Below, piece by piece: positions 1 through 10,177 of a DNA stretch of 64,000 nt. Positions within the stretch are counted from its first letter, which is position 1. Each line of letters starts with the position of its first letter. This DNA comes from an uncultured Latescibacterota bacterium (lineage in GTDB: Bacteria; Latescibacterota; UBA2968), in contig OX638329.1 in the NCBI GenBank assembly GCA_951812755.1, forward strand, positions 2,982,522-3,046,521, written 5' to 3'. The notes under the pieces are model-generated. The model did not search any database and had not been told where the DNA came from. It worked only from the letters and a program-made list of their open reading frames with translations. A program made the position numbers and the translations under genes.

Positions 1-145
1 TGCTCAATGCACAGGTATGCAGTTCCACGCGGCGGTGGCGCAAGTGGGGTTTTGTACGCACAGTGATAGAGATGTGGGTATTGCGTATTCTCTATACGTT
101 TTCTGTATCGGATATCAGGTTGAGTCGATGGTATCGGTGATTAAA

Positions 146-1048
146 ATGGAATACAGGATATTTGGTAAAACGGGATGGAAGGTCAGTGAGATAGGGCTTG
201 GCGGGTCGTGGTTCTACGGTCGCCCCGAGATGGGGCTAAAACCGGTGTCGCATGGGGTGGCGGTGGTGGAGCGAGCGCTGGAGTTGGGTGTGAATTATTT
301 CGACACCGCACCGCTTTACGGGCGTGGGCGCAGCGAAGAGGTGCTGGGTGTCGCGCTGTCGGGTGTGCGTGAGCCGTATTATCTGGCGACAAAGGTCGGG
401 TATTATCCCGAGCCGTTTGATTATACACGCGATGCAGTATGGCGCGGTCTCGATGCGAGTTTGAAGCGGTTAAAGCGCGATCATGTTCATCTTTTGCAGG
501 TGCATGAGGCCGAAAAAGCCGGGTGGCCCGGGTTATTTGATGCGGGGCGAACTATAGAGGCGTTGTTGGAGATACAGTCTCAGGGAATCTGTGATTATAT
601 TGGACTGACGGGTTCTGATTTGGATTTGATGTCTCGAGTGCTCAAAGATACCGATGTATTTGTTTCGGTGATTACGTTTTGCAAATACGATTTGTTGACG
701 CGAGAAGCAACAGAGACGCTGGTCCCCACAGCGGCAGAGGAAGGCGTTGCTGTGATTTGCGCTTCGCCATTGCACGCGGGGTTGTTGGGTTCAAAACGAG
801 AGCAGTGGATGGCACAGGAGCGATTTGCCGATTTGTATGACGATCTAATACGGATAGAGAAGATTGTTGAAGGTGTAGATGAACCTATGACGCGCACGGC
901 TTTGCGCTATTTGTTGTCGGACAATCGGGTGTCGATGTTGTTGTGCGGAGTATCGGATATTGATGAATTGGAGGATTGTGTGGGTGTGTCGGATGGCGGG
1001 CGATTATCCAGAGAATTGATCGCAGAGATTGAGGGGGATAGTATATGA
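146..1048 (+). CDS. aldo/keto reductase family oxidoreductase
   Basis: ORF 17..1048; N-terminal 'MEYRIFGKTGWKVSEIGLGG' is AKR-like; start moved to internal ATG 146; stop overlaps next gene start by 4 bp. Confidence 0.7.
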   Translation: MEYRIFGKTGWKVSEIGLGGSWFYGRPEMGLKPVSHGVAVVERALELGVNYFDTAPLYGRGRSEEVLGVALSGVREPYYLATKVGYYPEPFDYTRDAVWRGLDASLKRLKRDHVHLLQVHEAEKAGWPGLFDAGRTIEALLEIQSQGICDYIGLTGSDLDLMSRVLKDTDVFVSVITFCKYDLLTREATETLVPTAAEEGVAVICASPLHAGLLGSKREQWMAQERFADLYDDLIRIEKIVEGVDEPMTRTALRYLLSDNRVSMLLCGVSDIDELEDCVGVSDGGRLSRELIAEIEGDSI

Positions 1049-2082
1049 AACCCGTTCGTATGGGTATGATTGGATTGGGGCATATTCCACAGAATGCACA
1101 TTTGCCGGCCCTTTCCCAATTGGTTGAAAAAGGTGAGGTGGTATTGCAGGCATTTTGCGATGTGGATCAGGGCGTTGTGTCTGAGCAGGCAAAGGTGTGG
1201 GGCGCAAAATCCGTTTATACGGATCACCGCGAGATGTTTGACAAAGAGGAATTGGACGGGGTTTATGTGTGTTTGCCCCCGACCTTGCATACGGATGCAG
1301 AATTGATCGCAGCAGAGAAGGGAATCGCCCTTTTTGTAGAGAAACCGCAAAGTTTAGATATGGCTCAGGCTGTGGCTTTTGGCGAGGCGATTGATAGGGC
1401 GGGTATTGTTTCCCAGGTGGGATTCATGAGTCGCTATTATCCTTCTGCTGAATATTTGAAGGCCAGGCTCGAAACGCGAATTCCGCGACACGCACAGGTG
1501 CAGTTGTTTTACAGCGGGCGGCATATCCGATACTGGACGAGTCGCATGGCTCTGTGTGGGGGGTCGTATGTGGAAAATACCATTCACATGATCGATCTGT
1601 TGCGTTTTTTTCTCGGCGATATTGAGGCGGTGTCGGCGTTTTATTTTTACCGTGCGGAAGGTGAAGGGCCAGATCCGATCAATTTGCCTTATGTCTATAA
1701 TGTGAATTACCGATTTAAGAGCGGCGTGGTTGCCAATGCGACGACTTCGCGGGTGTTGAATGTGAATTATTCGCGGCGCGAAGTGACGGTGGTGGCCGAC
1801 GACGCGCTTTTGGAGTGGTCGGCGCAAAATGTCGTGTTGAACGGTGAAGAAGTCGCGGCGTGGGAGAGTCGTCCCAATGCGTTTGCGTTACAGACAGAGG
1901 CATTTGTGGATGCGATACGCAAAGGAGACCGCACTGCGATGCGGAGTTCTTATGGCGATGCCCTGAACAGTCTGGCGGCTGTGCTGGGGGCCAATGCCTC
2001 GGCAGAACGCGGTGGAGAACTTGTGCTGTTAGAGGACATGATTGCAGGGCGAGTGACGTGGTCGCCTGGAGAGGATGTCTGA
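1045..2082 (+). CDS. Gfo/Idh/MocA family oxidoreductase
   Basis: 345 aa; N-terminal Rossmann 'MGMIGLGHI'; translationally coupled to the upstream AKR gene. Confidence 0.7.
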   Translation: MKPVRMGMIGLGHIPQNAHLPALSQLVEKGEVVLQAFCDVDQGVVSEQAKVWGAKSVYTDHREMFDKEELDGVYVCLPPTLHTDAELIAAEKGIALFVEKPQSLDMAQAVAFGEAIDRAGIVSQVGFMSRYYPSAEYLKARLETRIPRHAQVQLFYSGRHIRYWTSRMALCGGSYVENTIHMIDLLRFFLGDIEAVSAFYFYRAEGEGPDPINLPYVYNVNYRFKSGVVANATTSRVLNVNYSRREVTVVADDALLEWSAQNVVLNGEEVAAWESRPNAFALQTEAFVDAIRKGDRTAMRSSYGDALNSLAAVLGANASAERGGELVLLEDMIAGRVTWSPGEDV

Positions 2083-2084
2083 CC

Positions 2085-3482
2085 GTGGATATACATTTTG
2101 CAACCCTATCAGAATTGGGCGCGTGCTATCGGGTGGGCGATGTGTCGCCGGTTGAGGTGGTGGATGCGTTGCTCCGGCGCATTGAAGATTGCGGTGGTCG
2201 GACAAAGGCGTTTATTACAGTTACTGCAGAACGCGCTCGCGCGGAGGCACAGGCGGCGGAAGCGATGTTGCGGTCGGGATCGGATTTGGGACCTTTGCAC
2301 GGTATTCCAATCGCGCTAAAAGATCTATTTCACACAGCGGGCATTCGCACGACTTCAGGTGCGAAAGTATGGGATACTTATGTGCCAAAGGATTCGGCAA
2401 CCGTCGCAAAGCGTCTTTCGCAGGCTGGTGCCGTGTTGATGGGGAAGACCAATATGGTGGAGCTCGCGTTTGGGCCTTATGGTTTGAATCCCCATTACGG
2501 TACGCCGCCTAATCCGTGGGGATCAGAACGCGTACCGGGTGGGTCGAGCAGTGGGTCGGGGGTGGCTGTGGCGGCGGGGTTGGTGCCTGTTGCGATGGGC
2601 ACAGATACGGGGGGTTCTATCCGCATCCCGGCGTCGTTTTGCGGTGTTGTGGGGCTCAAGCCCACGTTGGAGCGGGTGAGTCGCGCGGGTGCAATGCCGC
2701 TTTCGTGGACGCTTGATAGCATGGGCCCCTTGGCGCGATCTGTGGAAGATGCTGCGCTGGTGTTTGAAGCGATTGCCGGGCCTGATGCGGCTGATCCGGT
2801 GACGCTAAATCAACCTCTGGTGGATGTGGTTCGCGGGTTAAAGCGAGATGTGAAGGGGATGCGCGTCGGGTTTGTGCGCGATCCGTTTTGCGATGGGGCA
2901 GATGCTGTGGTTATCGCTTCGGTAGAAGCCGCGGCAGGGGTTTTGTGTGATCTGGGGGTCAATGTGGAGGAATTCCAATTTCCCGAAGCGCGGGAAGAGT
3001 TAGACGAAGAGCTTGACGGACGCGGCAGTGCGATGATTATGTGCGTGGAGGGGTATGTGTGTCAGGGGGATTTTATAGCCAGGCATGGCGAGATGATGGA
3101 TCCGCGCATTCGAGCGCGGATTGCACAGGGTGCGTCTTTTTCTGCGCCAGATTACGCAAGGGTTTTACAGCGGCGCGAGCAGTTGCGAATCTCGGCCTGC
3201 GAGACCCTGCGAGATGTGGATGCCGTGATTTGTCCGACGATGTTGACGGTTGCACCGCGTATCGCAGATGTCGATGTCGCGCCCGCCAGGTTGACAACGC
3301 GGCTGGTCAACTTTTTGGGTTTATGCGCGGTATCGGTTCCGTGTGGATGGTCCGATGAGGATTTACCCATCGGTTTGCAGATTATCGGCAAGCCTTATGA
3401 CGAGGCCCGAATTTTGCGCCTGGCGTATGCTTATGAGCAGGCGGTTGGTCCCCGCCGCGATCCCAACTTCATTCAGGCATAA
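2085..3482 (+). CDS. amidase (amidase-signature family)
   Basis: Signature 'GGSSSGSGVAVAAG...GTDTGGSIRIPASFCGVVGLKPT'; start set to GTG 2085 just after the upstream stop, because the longer ORF from 1860 overlaps the oxidoreductase. Confidence 0.75.
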   Translation: MDIHFATLSELGACYRVGDVSPVEVVDALLRRIEDCGGRTKAFITVTAERARAEAQAAEAMLRSGSDLGPLHGIPIALKDLFHTAGIRTTSGAKVWDTYVPKDSATVAKRLSQAGAVLMGKTNMVELAFGPYGLNPHYGTPPNPWGSERVPGGSSSGSGVAVAAGLVPVAMGTDTGGSIRIPASFCGVVGLKPTLERVSRAGAMPLSWTLDSMGPLARSVEDAALVFEAIAGPDAADPVTLNQPLVDVVRGLKRDVKGMRVGFVRDPFCDGADAVVIASVEAAAGVLCDLGVNVEEFQFPEAREELDEELDGRGSAMIMCVEGYVCQGDFIARHGEMMDPRIRARIAQGASFSAPDYARVLQRREQLRISACETLRDVDAVICPTMLTVAPRIADVDVAPARLTTRLVNFLGLCAVSVPCGWSDEDLPIGLQIIGKPYDEARILRLAYAYEQAVGPRRDPNFIQA

Positions 3483-4434
3483 ATGCCGTGGTGAAGAGCA
3501 GATTGAGATCGACTTTTTGGTCGATCATGCCCAGGCTGTGAAGGATATCCTGTGTTTGTTGCCACTTTGCTTCTGTTTGGGCACCCAGGCCCTGTTGTTG
3601 CGTGTCGGCGCTCTGCAATAGGGGAATCAGATATTTGAAATTGGCGCGATTGAAGGCTTCATCGCTTTCGGGACGCGCGGACATGTAGGCTGCTACCGCA
3701 TCTTCGGGATGATCGACGGCATGTTGCCATCCGCGCAGGCTCGCCCGCAAAAAGCGTTTGACCAGGTCGGGATTTTCTTTGAGAAAAGATTCATAGGCAA
3801 TGATGTTGGTGCTATATACATCGATGCCGTAATCCGACAGGGCAAGGCGATTGATCACATGGCCCTGGAGTTCGACGGTGACGGGTTGGTCTTCGGTATA
3901 TCCGAGCATGGCATCGACTTGACCTGCGAGGAGTGGTGCCGGGCTGGCTTCGCTCATGCCCATGAGTTGTATGTCTTCTTCCGGGATATTCTGGTGGCGC
4001 AAGAAGGCTTGAAATTCGCGGTGTTTTGTGCCACCGATATTGACGCCGATGCGTTTGCCGATCAGGTCTTGCGGTGTTGTGATATTTTTTTCTACGAGCG
4101 AATAAACGACAACGGGAGTTTGCTGATTGATCACGGCGAGCGATACAATCGGGATATTTTGTGCTCTTGCCATAACAGTTGCCGATCCGCTGGCCACGCC
4201 GAGTTTGTAGGTGCCGTTGCCCACGACGCGGGCCGCAGTGGGGGCGCCACTGCCTTCGAGGATTTCGACCTCAAGTCCCTCTTGTTCATAAAAGCCCTTT
4301 TGTTTGGCGACAAAAAAGCCCGCGTGTTCCATCTGTGCTTTCCAGTCGAGTATGAATTGCACCTGTGTTTTGTCTGTACTCGCACAAGACAGGGCGATGA
4401 GTGCGAGGGCAAGAGCGATGAGTATTTTGGGCAT
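3469..4434 (-). CDS. ABC transporter substrate-binding protein (NMT1/THI5-like, NitT/TauT family), lipoprotein
   Basis: 321 aa; N-terminal signal with 'LSC' lipobox-like site; SsuA/TauA-like periplasmic binding fold inferred from sequence. Confidence 0.6.
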   Translation of the reverse strand: MPKILIALALALIALSCASTDKTQVQFILDWKAQMEHAGFFVAKQKGFYEQEGLEVEILEGSGAPTAARVVGNGTYKLGVASGSATVMARAQNIPIVSLAVINQQTPVVVYSLVEKNITTPQDLIGKRIGVNIGGTKHREFQAFLRHQNIPEEDIQLMGMSEASPAPLLAGQVDAMLGYTEDQPVTVELQGHVINRLALSDYGIDVYSTNIIAYESFLKENPDLVKRFLRASLRGWQHAVDHPEDAVAAYMSARPESDEAFNRANFKYLIPLLQSADTQQQGLGAQTEAKWQQTQDILHSLGMIDQKVDLNLLFTTAFMPE

Positions 4435-4447
4435 GGGAATCTCCCTT

Positions 4448-5230
4448 TTAGCGTCCTATGGTTTCAACGGCACCGCCCCAACGGCGCAGGGCTGTTTTTT
4501 CGAGGCCGTCAACGAGTAGAAACAGGCCCGTGCCCATGCAGCCGAGTGCGAGCAGGGCGGCAAACATTAAATCGGTGGCGAGTTCTGAATTGGCCAGACG
4601 AATGAGATGGCCCAGCCCTGCACTGGAGCCGACAAATTCGCCGACCACAGCGCCAATTACACTGAGTGTGATGCACATTTTGAGTGCGGCAAAAAGATAG
4701 GGAATAGCATTGGGTAGGCGCACTTTAAAAAAGATCTGTCGTTGACGGGCCGAGAGTGACCGCATCAAGTCGAGGATGGATTTGTCAACCGATAAGAGAC
4801 CGCGCGTGGTGTTGATCACAACGGGAAAAAAGGAAATGAGGCCCGCGATAATTACCTTGGGCAAAAGGCCAAATCCAAACCAGATGACAAAAACAGGTGC
4901 CAGTGCTTCTTTTGGAAAGGTCTGCGTGGAGATGACCAGTGGGTAAAGCATCCGTTCGATCAAGCGAGAACGAGCCATTGCTATGGCACAAAGTAGCCCC
5001 GATGATGCGCCTGTGAGAAAGCCGCCGAGGGCTTCGGTGAGTGTGACGAGACCATGAGAGAGCAGGAGGCGATGAGATGCGGCAAATTTGGATAGGATTT
5101 GAGATGGTGGCGGGAGGATAAATGCGGCGACATCAAGACTTCGCACGACTATTTCCCACAAGCCGAGTAGCAAGATGATAAACAGCCCTGAGAGGGCGTA
5201 TTCTCGGATAAAAAAGCGAATTAGTTTCAC
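4448..5230 (-). CDS. ABC transporter permease (NitT/TauT family)
   Basis: 260 aa, multiple hydrophobic helices, permease EAA-like loop; 14 bp upstream of the binding-protein gene. Confidence 0.7.
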   Translation of the reverse strand: MKLIRFFIREYALSGLFIILLLGLWEIVVRSLDVAAFILPPPSQILSKFAASHRLLLSHGLVTLTEALGGFLTGASSGLLCAIAMARSRLIERMLYPLVISTQTFPKEALAPVFVIWFGFGLLPKVIIAGLISFFPVVINTTRGLLSVDKSILDLMRSLSARQRQIFFKVRLPNAIPYLFAALKMCITLSVIGAVVGEFVGSSAGLGHLIRLANSELATDLMFAALLALGCMGTGLFLLVDGLEKTALRRWGGAVETIGR

Positions 5231-5601
5231 AGGTCAAACAAGATGATTTGTGCGTGGACTGAACCGGCTTGGCTGTGGTATTCGGGATTTTCGTTCATGG
5301 CGAGAAATAGCGGGCCTTCGTAGGGCGAATAAAAATCGAAATAGTTGCCCACCGAAAGAATAGGGCTGTCGGCAATGCGCCCGACGAGTGCCCCCACATT
5401 TGTGCCGGGCAGGAGATATTGATCATTGGCGGGACGCCCTTCAATGCCATCGGGGCCACACCAGACAATGGTAAGCGGACGCATCTCGGGAGACCAGAGG
5501 CCCTCTGCAGTGATGATTACGCGCTGGTCTTTTTGTATCTGGAGGTACATTTCTTGCCATACGGCGTTTGGGCGAACGGTCTTGGTAATTGTGAATGCCA
5601 C
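5227..5601 (-). CDS. small PA-IL-like (LecA-type lectin fold) protein, tentative
   Basis: Segments 'IVWCGPDGIEG' and 'GALVGRIADSP' resemble PA-IL; start set to GTG 5601 preceded by AGGAG; 4-bp overlap with the permease start. Confidence 0.3.
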   Translation of the reverse strand: MAFTITKTVRPNAVWQEMYLQIQKDQRVIITAEGLWSPEMRPLTIVWCGPDGIEGRPANDQYLLPGTNVGALVGRIADSPILSVGNYFDFYSPYEGPLFLAMNENPEYHSQAGSVHAQIILFDL

Positions 5602-5687
5602 AGTTTCTCCTCGGTTTTGGGTGTAAAACGGCTCGCAAAGTACGCCTGTCAAAAATACTTGTCAAGCGGAAAATTTGGAGAAATAAA

Positions 5688-5715
5688 TTGACTCAAAATG
5701 CATAAGATTTATATT
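5688..5715 (+). promoter_or_regulatory. putative sigma70-type promoter for the bactofilin gene (-35 TTGACT, 16-nt spacer, -10 TATATT)
   Basis: Hexamers at 5688-5693 and 5710-5715, upstream of RBS AGGAGA (5741-5746). Confidence 0.3.
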
Positions 5716-5751
5716 AGGTGCCCGTTGAAAAAATTTCAGAAGGAGAGATCC

Positions 5752-6165
5752 GTGGATCGCAACGCAAATTTTGACAAGACCATGAACACCATTATTGGGC
5801 GTGGAGCTGTTTCTGAAGGTCATTTTCAAATTGAGGCTGGCGTGCGTGTGGATGGGGTCTTGAAAGGCGAACTCGAGTCATCCGGAACGCTGATTGTGGG
5901 AACGTCGGGTGTTGTTGAGGCCAGTGTGAAGGTGCGCGACGCATTGGTCAGTGGGCGCATTGTGGGGAACCTTGTGGCTGAGGAGAAGGTTCATTTGCAG
6001 TCTAAAGCCACTTTTATTGGAAAAATTCAAACGGGTGTCTTGATTGTTGAAGATGGTGCTGTTTTTAAAGCCGACTGCGATGCGGGCAGTGAGATACAAG
6101 AGGTTGATCAGACCGAGAAAGAATCACCAGATGAAACACAGAAGGCACTGCGCGAGGAAGCGTAG
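5752..6165 (+). CDS. bactofilin family protein
   Basis: 'GTLIVGTSGVVEASVKVRDALVSGRIVGNL' repeats typical of bactofilin; GTG 5752 five nt after AGGAGA, in frame with ORF 5698..6165. Confidence 0.6.
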   Translation: MDRNANFDKTMNTIIGRGAVSEGHFQIEAGVRVDGVLKGELESSGTLIVGTSGVVEASVKVRDALVSGRIVGNLVAEEKVHLQSKATFIGKIQTGVLIVEDGAVFKADCDAGSEIQEVDQTEKESPDETQKALREEA

Positions 6166-6185
6166 TGCCTTCTATAAAAGACGCA

Positions 6186-6238
6186 AAACCCCAAGCGATC
6201 GGTACGATTTGCCGATTGACTGGGGTTTTTTTTATCGC
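6186..6238. terminator. bidirectional stem-loop terminator between the convergent bactofilin and RND genes
   Basis: 'AAAACCCCA...ATCGG..CCGAT...TGGGGTTTTTTTT'; T8 run on the + strand. Confidence 0.45.
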
Positions 6239-9200
6239 GCGCGGGCTACGGCTGTAACGCGCTTGGCAAATTGCGAGAGATCATCCATGAGGGAATAGAC
6301 CGTAGGCAAGAGCACAAGGGTCAGGATTGTTGAGATAGATAGCCCGGAAATAACCACCAGACCAATTGGTCCCCAGCGCCTTGAGGTGCCTTCGGCATTG
6401 CCAAAGAGCATCGGCAATACCAGGGGCATCAGGCCAATAATAGTGGTGGTAGCGGTCATCATAATCGGACGCAAGCGGTCCTGGCCGCCACGGATAATAG
6501 CATCGCGACGAACAAGCCCCTGTTTTCGATATCTGTTGATGTGATCAACCAGGACAATGCCGTTGTTGACCACAATGCCAAAGAGAACGAGAAGGCCGTA
6601 CTTGGCATTGCTGTCCATAGCGATTTTGAAGGTGTAGAGACCGAGCGCGACGCCGATGAATGCGAAGAAGATGCAGAACATAATAGTGAGCGGATGGACA
6701 TAGGATTCAAAGAGCGAGGCCATGATGATGTAAATGAGAATAAGTGCCAGGATCAGGGTCTCATAGTCCTGGTTTTGTTCTGCATTCATAGATCTGAAGC
6801 GGCGATCCATTTCATACGTATATCCCTTGGGCAAGGGTACGCCTTCCATGCGCATTTTCATGATCTGGCCCACGCGAAATACCGCTTGCTGGTCAGTGTT
6901 GGCAAAAACGGTTACAGTTGACATGCGGTCTTCGCGTTGAATCGTGTTGCGGCCTGTTGTCAGGTCGAAATTCGCCAGGCTGGAGAAGGTGACCATGCCG
7001 CCGTTGTCGCTTTCAAATTCCGTTGTTTTGAGTTGTTCGAGGGTGGCGCGGTCTTCTTCGCGCAGCAGCACTGTGATGTCGATTTCGCCATCGGGGGTTT
7101 TGAAGTTGGAGCCACCGCGCGAACCGAGCGCAGAGGCGATGGTGTTTGCAATATCGCGCGGCGAGAGACCGTAGCGCTGTGCGCGCTCGCGATTGACTGT
7201 GACGCGAATTTCCTCGGTTCCGCTTTCGAGGCTGGTCTGTATTTCGTGAACGCCGGGCATCCCCTGCATGCTGGTTTCAATGTCTTCGGCCAAAATGGCC
7301 AGTGTTTCCTGGCTGCGTCCTTTGAGCTGAACGCCAGCCCCCACGGAAGAACTACCGCGGCCACCGCCAGATTTGAAACGCACGCCTGGAATGTCTTTGG
7401 GCAAGAGGGCGATAACTTTGCGCTGAACTTCATCTGTGGTGAGTTTGCCTTCGTCTGCCGGTGTGAGATAAAGGGTCAAGCGGGTACCGCGCCGACCGCT
7501 GTATCGGCTGCCAATGGCTTCGATGTCGAGTTCGTTTTTTAAGGGGATGAGTATGTCTTCGGCAATTTTGAAGATCTCACGCGCTTTATCCACATCGTAG
7601 CTGCGGGGCATTTCAATGGTGAGTCTTACAGCGCGACTGGGCTGATAGCGGAAGGGTTGTTGCTCTACTTTGCCGTAGATGTAGTTGCCGACAAAAAGAA
7701 GAACAACAGCCAGGGAGAGGGTTGCCCAGCGGTAGTGAAGGGTGGAAGAGACCAATTTGGCGTACATCGCTTTGGGACCGATTGCGCGGTAGCGAAAATA
7801 GAGAAAGATGACCAGTGCAATGATGCCGGGAAAACCAATTTTGGCAAATGCTGGCAACGCGCTGATGGTCGTGTTAAAATTTCCCCACAGGCCAGCGTAA
7901 TCAATTTTGCTGAAGTCCGTATAATAAATAAAGGCTCCCAGACCGAGCGCGGCTACAAGGCCGACAATGCTCTTGAGAACGCGATCAAGGATTTTACCAT
8001 CTTCATTGAAGGCGCGAGAGGCTGCAAGCGGAATAAGTGAGAGCGCGATACTAAATGAGGCAATAACAGATATGATTACGGTAACGGCAAAGTCGCGCAT
8101 GAAGAGCGAGGTACGCGAGTCGGTGACAAAAATGACCGGGATAAATACGCAGATGGTCGTGAGCGATGCAGCGAGGACTGGAAGACCGATTTCATCGCTG
8201 CCCTCGAGCGCGGCCTGTCTGGCATCTTGCCCTACTTCAAATCGTTTGCGAAAGATATTTTCAAGGGCCACGACCGCGGGATCGACGAGCATGCCGATGG
8301 CGACCATCAGACCCATCATGGAAATGAGATTGAGGGTGATGTTCGATCCGGATTGCCGCATGAAGTACATGATCAGGAATACGGTGAGCACACTGATGGG
8401 GATCGCAGAGCCGATAATGAGCGTACTGCGGAAGTTGCGAAGAAAAATAAAGATGGCGATGACGGCCAACAGACCACCCAAAATAGCAGATTGGCTGAGG
8501 CTGGTAATGCTATTTGTCACGTCGATGGATCGGTCGCGCACTATGTGCAGGCGGAGTTTGTCTTTCCCGACCTCTTCGTGGATGAGGGCGAGTTCGTCGC
8601 GCGCGAGTTTGCAGACATCGACCATGTTGGCCGTTGAGGCTTTCTGGATTTCAAGGGTTAGCGAAGGACGCCCGTCGAGGCGTTCAAAACGGCGGGATTC
8701 GGGATAATCGTATGTGACATCGGCAACATCGTCGAGAATGAGATTGGGGCGAATGGGCAGATCGCGAATTTGATCAACGGTTTCAAATTCACCCATGCTG
8801 CGAACAGCGAGACGTTTGTTGCCTTCGGTGACATATCCCGCAGAGACATTGATATTGTTGTTGTTCAGAGCGCGATTGATGGTGCGGAAGTCCATCTTAT
8901 AGGCTGTCATGGCTTTTTGATCGACTTCGATGAGGAGGTCTTTTTCTTCCAAGCCCTCGAGTACGACATTGGCGACACCTTCGAGACGCTGTATTCTGGG
9001 CAAGATCATTTGATTGAATACGTTGACGAGTTCCTGGTTGTTTTCACCAAGCCAGGTGAGAGAGTATTCGAGGATGGGAAAGTCTTCGGTGTCGAAACTG
9101 CGAATATCGATGCGATCGACATCGGCGGGCAGATCGGCGCGAACTTGATCGAGGCGGTCGCGGATGTGAACGCCGACGATATCCATATCGGCGTCCATCG

Positions 9201-9486
9201 CAAATTCCATGCCGACGCGCGCGCTGGAGCCACTCGATGAGGAACTGATGCTTTCAACGCCAGACATCGTGCCGAGGATTTCTTCGATGGGGCGCGTGAT
9301 GAATTGCTCAATTTCTTCCGGGGAAGAGGAGGGATAATTCACGGAAACAAAGATGCGCGGGAATGTCAGACTGGGCAGGTATTCGAGTGGCAACTTGAAT
9401 ACCGAAATAAAGCCCATCACCATAATACTAATTGCAACCATAATGGTGCTGATAGGTTTGTGTATGGCAAATTCGCTGAGTTTCAT
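6232..9486 (-). CDS. RND efflux transporter permease (AcrB/AcrD/AcrF family)
   Basis: 1084 aa with the 12-TM, two-large-periplasmic-loop AcrB layout; N-terminus 'MKLSEFAIHKPISTIMVAISIMVMG'. Confidence 0.85.
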   Translation of the reverse strand: MKLSEFAIHKPISTIMVAISIMVMGFISVFKLPLEYLPSLTFPRIFVSVNYPSSSPEEIEQFITRPIEEILGTMSGVESISSSSSGSSARVGMEFAMDADMDIVGVHIRDRLDQVRADLPADVDRIDIRSFDTEDFPILEYSLTWLGENNQELVNVFNQMILPRIQRLEGVANVVLEGLEEKDLLIEVDQKAMTAYKMDFRTINRALNNNNINVSAGYVTEGNKRLAVRSMGEFETVDQIRDLPIRPNLILDDVADVTYDYPESRRFERLDGRPSLTLEIQKASTANMVDVCKLARDELALIHEEVGKDKLRLHIVRDRSIDVTNSITSLSQSAILGGLLAVIAIFIFLRNFRSTLIIGSAIPISVLTVFLIMYFMRQSGSNITLNLISMMGLMVAIGMLVDPAVVALENIFRKRFEVGQDARQAALEGSDEIGLPVLAASLTTICVFIPVIFVTDSRTSLFMRDFAVTVIISVIASFSIALSLIPLAASRAFNEDGKILDRVLKSIVGLVAALGLGAFIYYTDFSKIDYAGLWGNFNTTISALPAFAKIGFPGIIALVIFLYFRYRAIGPKAMYAKLVSSTLHYRWATLSLAVVLLFVGNYIYGKVEQQPFRYQPSRAVRLTIEMPRSYDVDKAREIFKIAEDILIPLKNELDIEAIGSRYSGRRGTRLTLYLTPADEGKLTTDEVQRKVIALLPKDIPGVRFKSGGGRGSSSVGAGVQLKGRSQETLAILAEDIETSMQGMPGVHEIQTSLESGTEEIRVTVNRERAQRYGLSPRDIANTIASALGSRGGSNFKTPDGEIDITVLLREEDRATLEQLKTTEFESDNGGMVTFSSLANFDLTTGRNTIQREDRMSTVTVFANTDQQAVFRVGQIMKMRMEGVPLPKGYTYEMDRRFRSMNAEQNQDYETLILALILIYIIMASLFESYVHPLTIMFCIFFAFIGVALGLYTFKIAMDSNAKYGLLVLFGIVVNNGIVLVDHINRYRKQGLVRRDAIIRGGQDRLRPIMMTATTTIIGLMPLVLPMLFGNAEGTSRRWGPIGLVVISGLSISTILTLVLLPTVYSLMDDLSQFAKRVTAVARAR

Positions 9487-9574
9487 GGCTCCTCCTTTCT
9501 ACTAATACAATCTGCACGTCAGTTCATTTTGGCTTTGACGAAAATTGGATTGCGATTGTTCCCATTATGAGATT

Positions 9575-10084
9575 TCAAACAATGGTTTCCACAAATGCAG
9601 CGCTTTCGGGGTCGAGGCGGCGGTAATCGACGATCTCGTAGCGGTTGCCATCGGCGTCTCGCAGGATCACGCGTACGTCGTTAATTACGCGCACGTCGCG
9701 CTTGCTGCTGGGGATTTCAAATACGCGATGTCCGCGATCTGTTTCCACATCCCATGTGGGTACGTGAAAATTGGAAACAATGCTATTTATTTTTAGAATA
9801 CGCGGCATAAAATATGCCTGTTCGAGTGCTATTTCCAATGCATCTCGGCTGTCTGGGGCGAGATCGACCATGTCGCGCACTATGCCTATTTCACCGCCGT
9901 CTGAATCGTGGAGCACGATAAATTTTGTGGGCGCGTTGAGGGGAAAAGCGCGCTGCACGCCAATTCGCTCGTGGATTTTACCGCGCAGGTCGAGTGTGAG
10001 ATCGTCAAAATCGTCGAGATACAGGCGAATGTCGCGGGGCGAAAGAAGGGAGAGATCGCCGATCAGGTCTGGGTGTGAAGACAT
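9575..10084 (-). CDS. conserved hypothetical protein (possibly DUF1854-like)
   Basis: 169-aa ORF between the ABC exporter and RND genes, same strand; family name is from memory only. Confidence 0.35.
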   Translation of the reverse strand: MSSHPDLIGDLSLLSPRDIRLYLDDFDDLTLDLRGKIHERIGVQRAFPLNAPTKFIVLHDSDGGEIGIVRDMVDLAPDSRDALEIALEQAYFMPRILKINSIVSNFHVPTWDVETDRGHRVFEIPSSKRDVRVINDVRVILRDADGNRYEIVDYRRLDPESAAFVETIV

Positions 10085-10177
10085 GGGAATTAGGAATTAA
10101 AAATTAAAAATTAGGTAGTGGGGCCAAGTTCGTCTGTGAATGGGACTGAACCAATTGTACCCCGCTTCGTTGATTCG

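Noticed and set aside
1860-2084. N-terminal extension of the amidase ORF
   Set aside because: Overlaps the Gfo/Idh/MocA gene in another frame and is Cys/Arg-rich; GTG 2085 just after the upstream stop is more plausible.
3709-4605. 298-aa + strand ORF
   Set aside because: Antisense to the ABC binding-protein and permease genes; Cys/His-rich low-complexity, no motifs.
5698-5751. Upstream extension of the bactofilin ORF
   Set aside because: Overlaps the predicted promoter; GTG 5752 has a perfectly spaced AGGAGA RBS.
6937-9240. Several + strand ORFs (6937..7542, 7967..8707, 8227..8637, 8770..9240) inside the RND gene
   Set aside because: Antisense to a strongly supported 1084-aa transporter; no RBS and compositionally biased.
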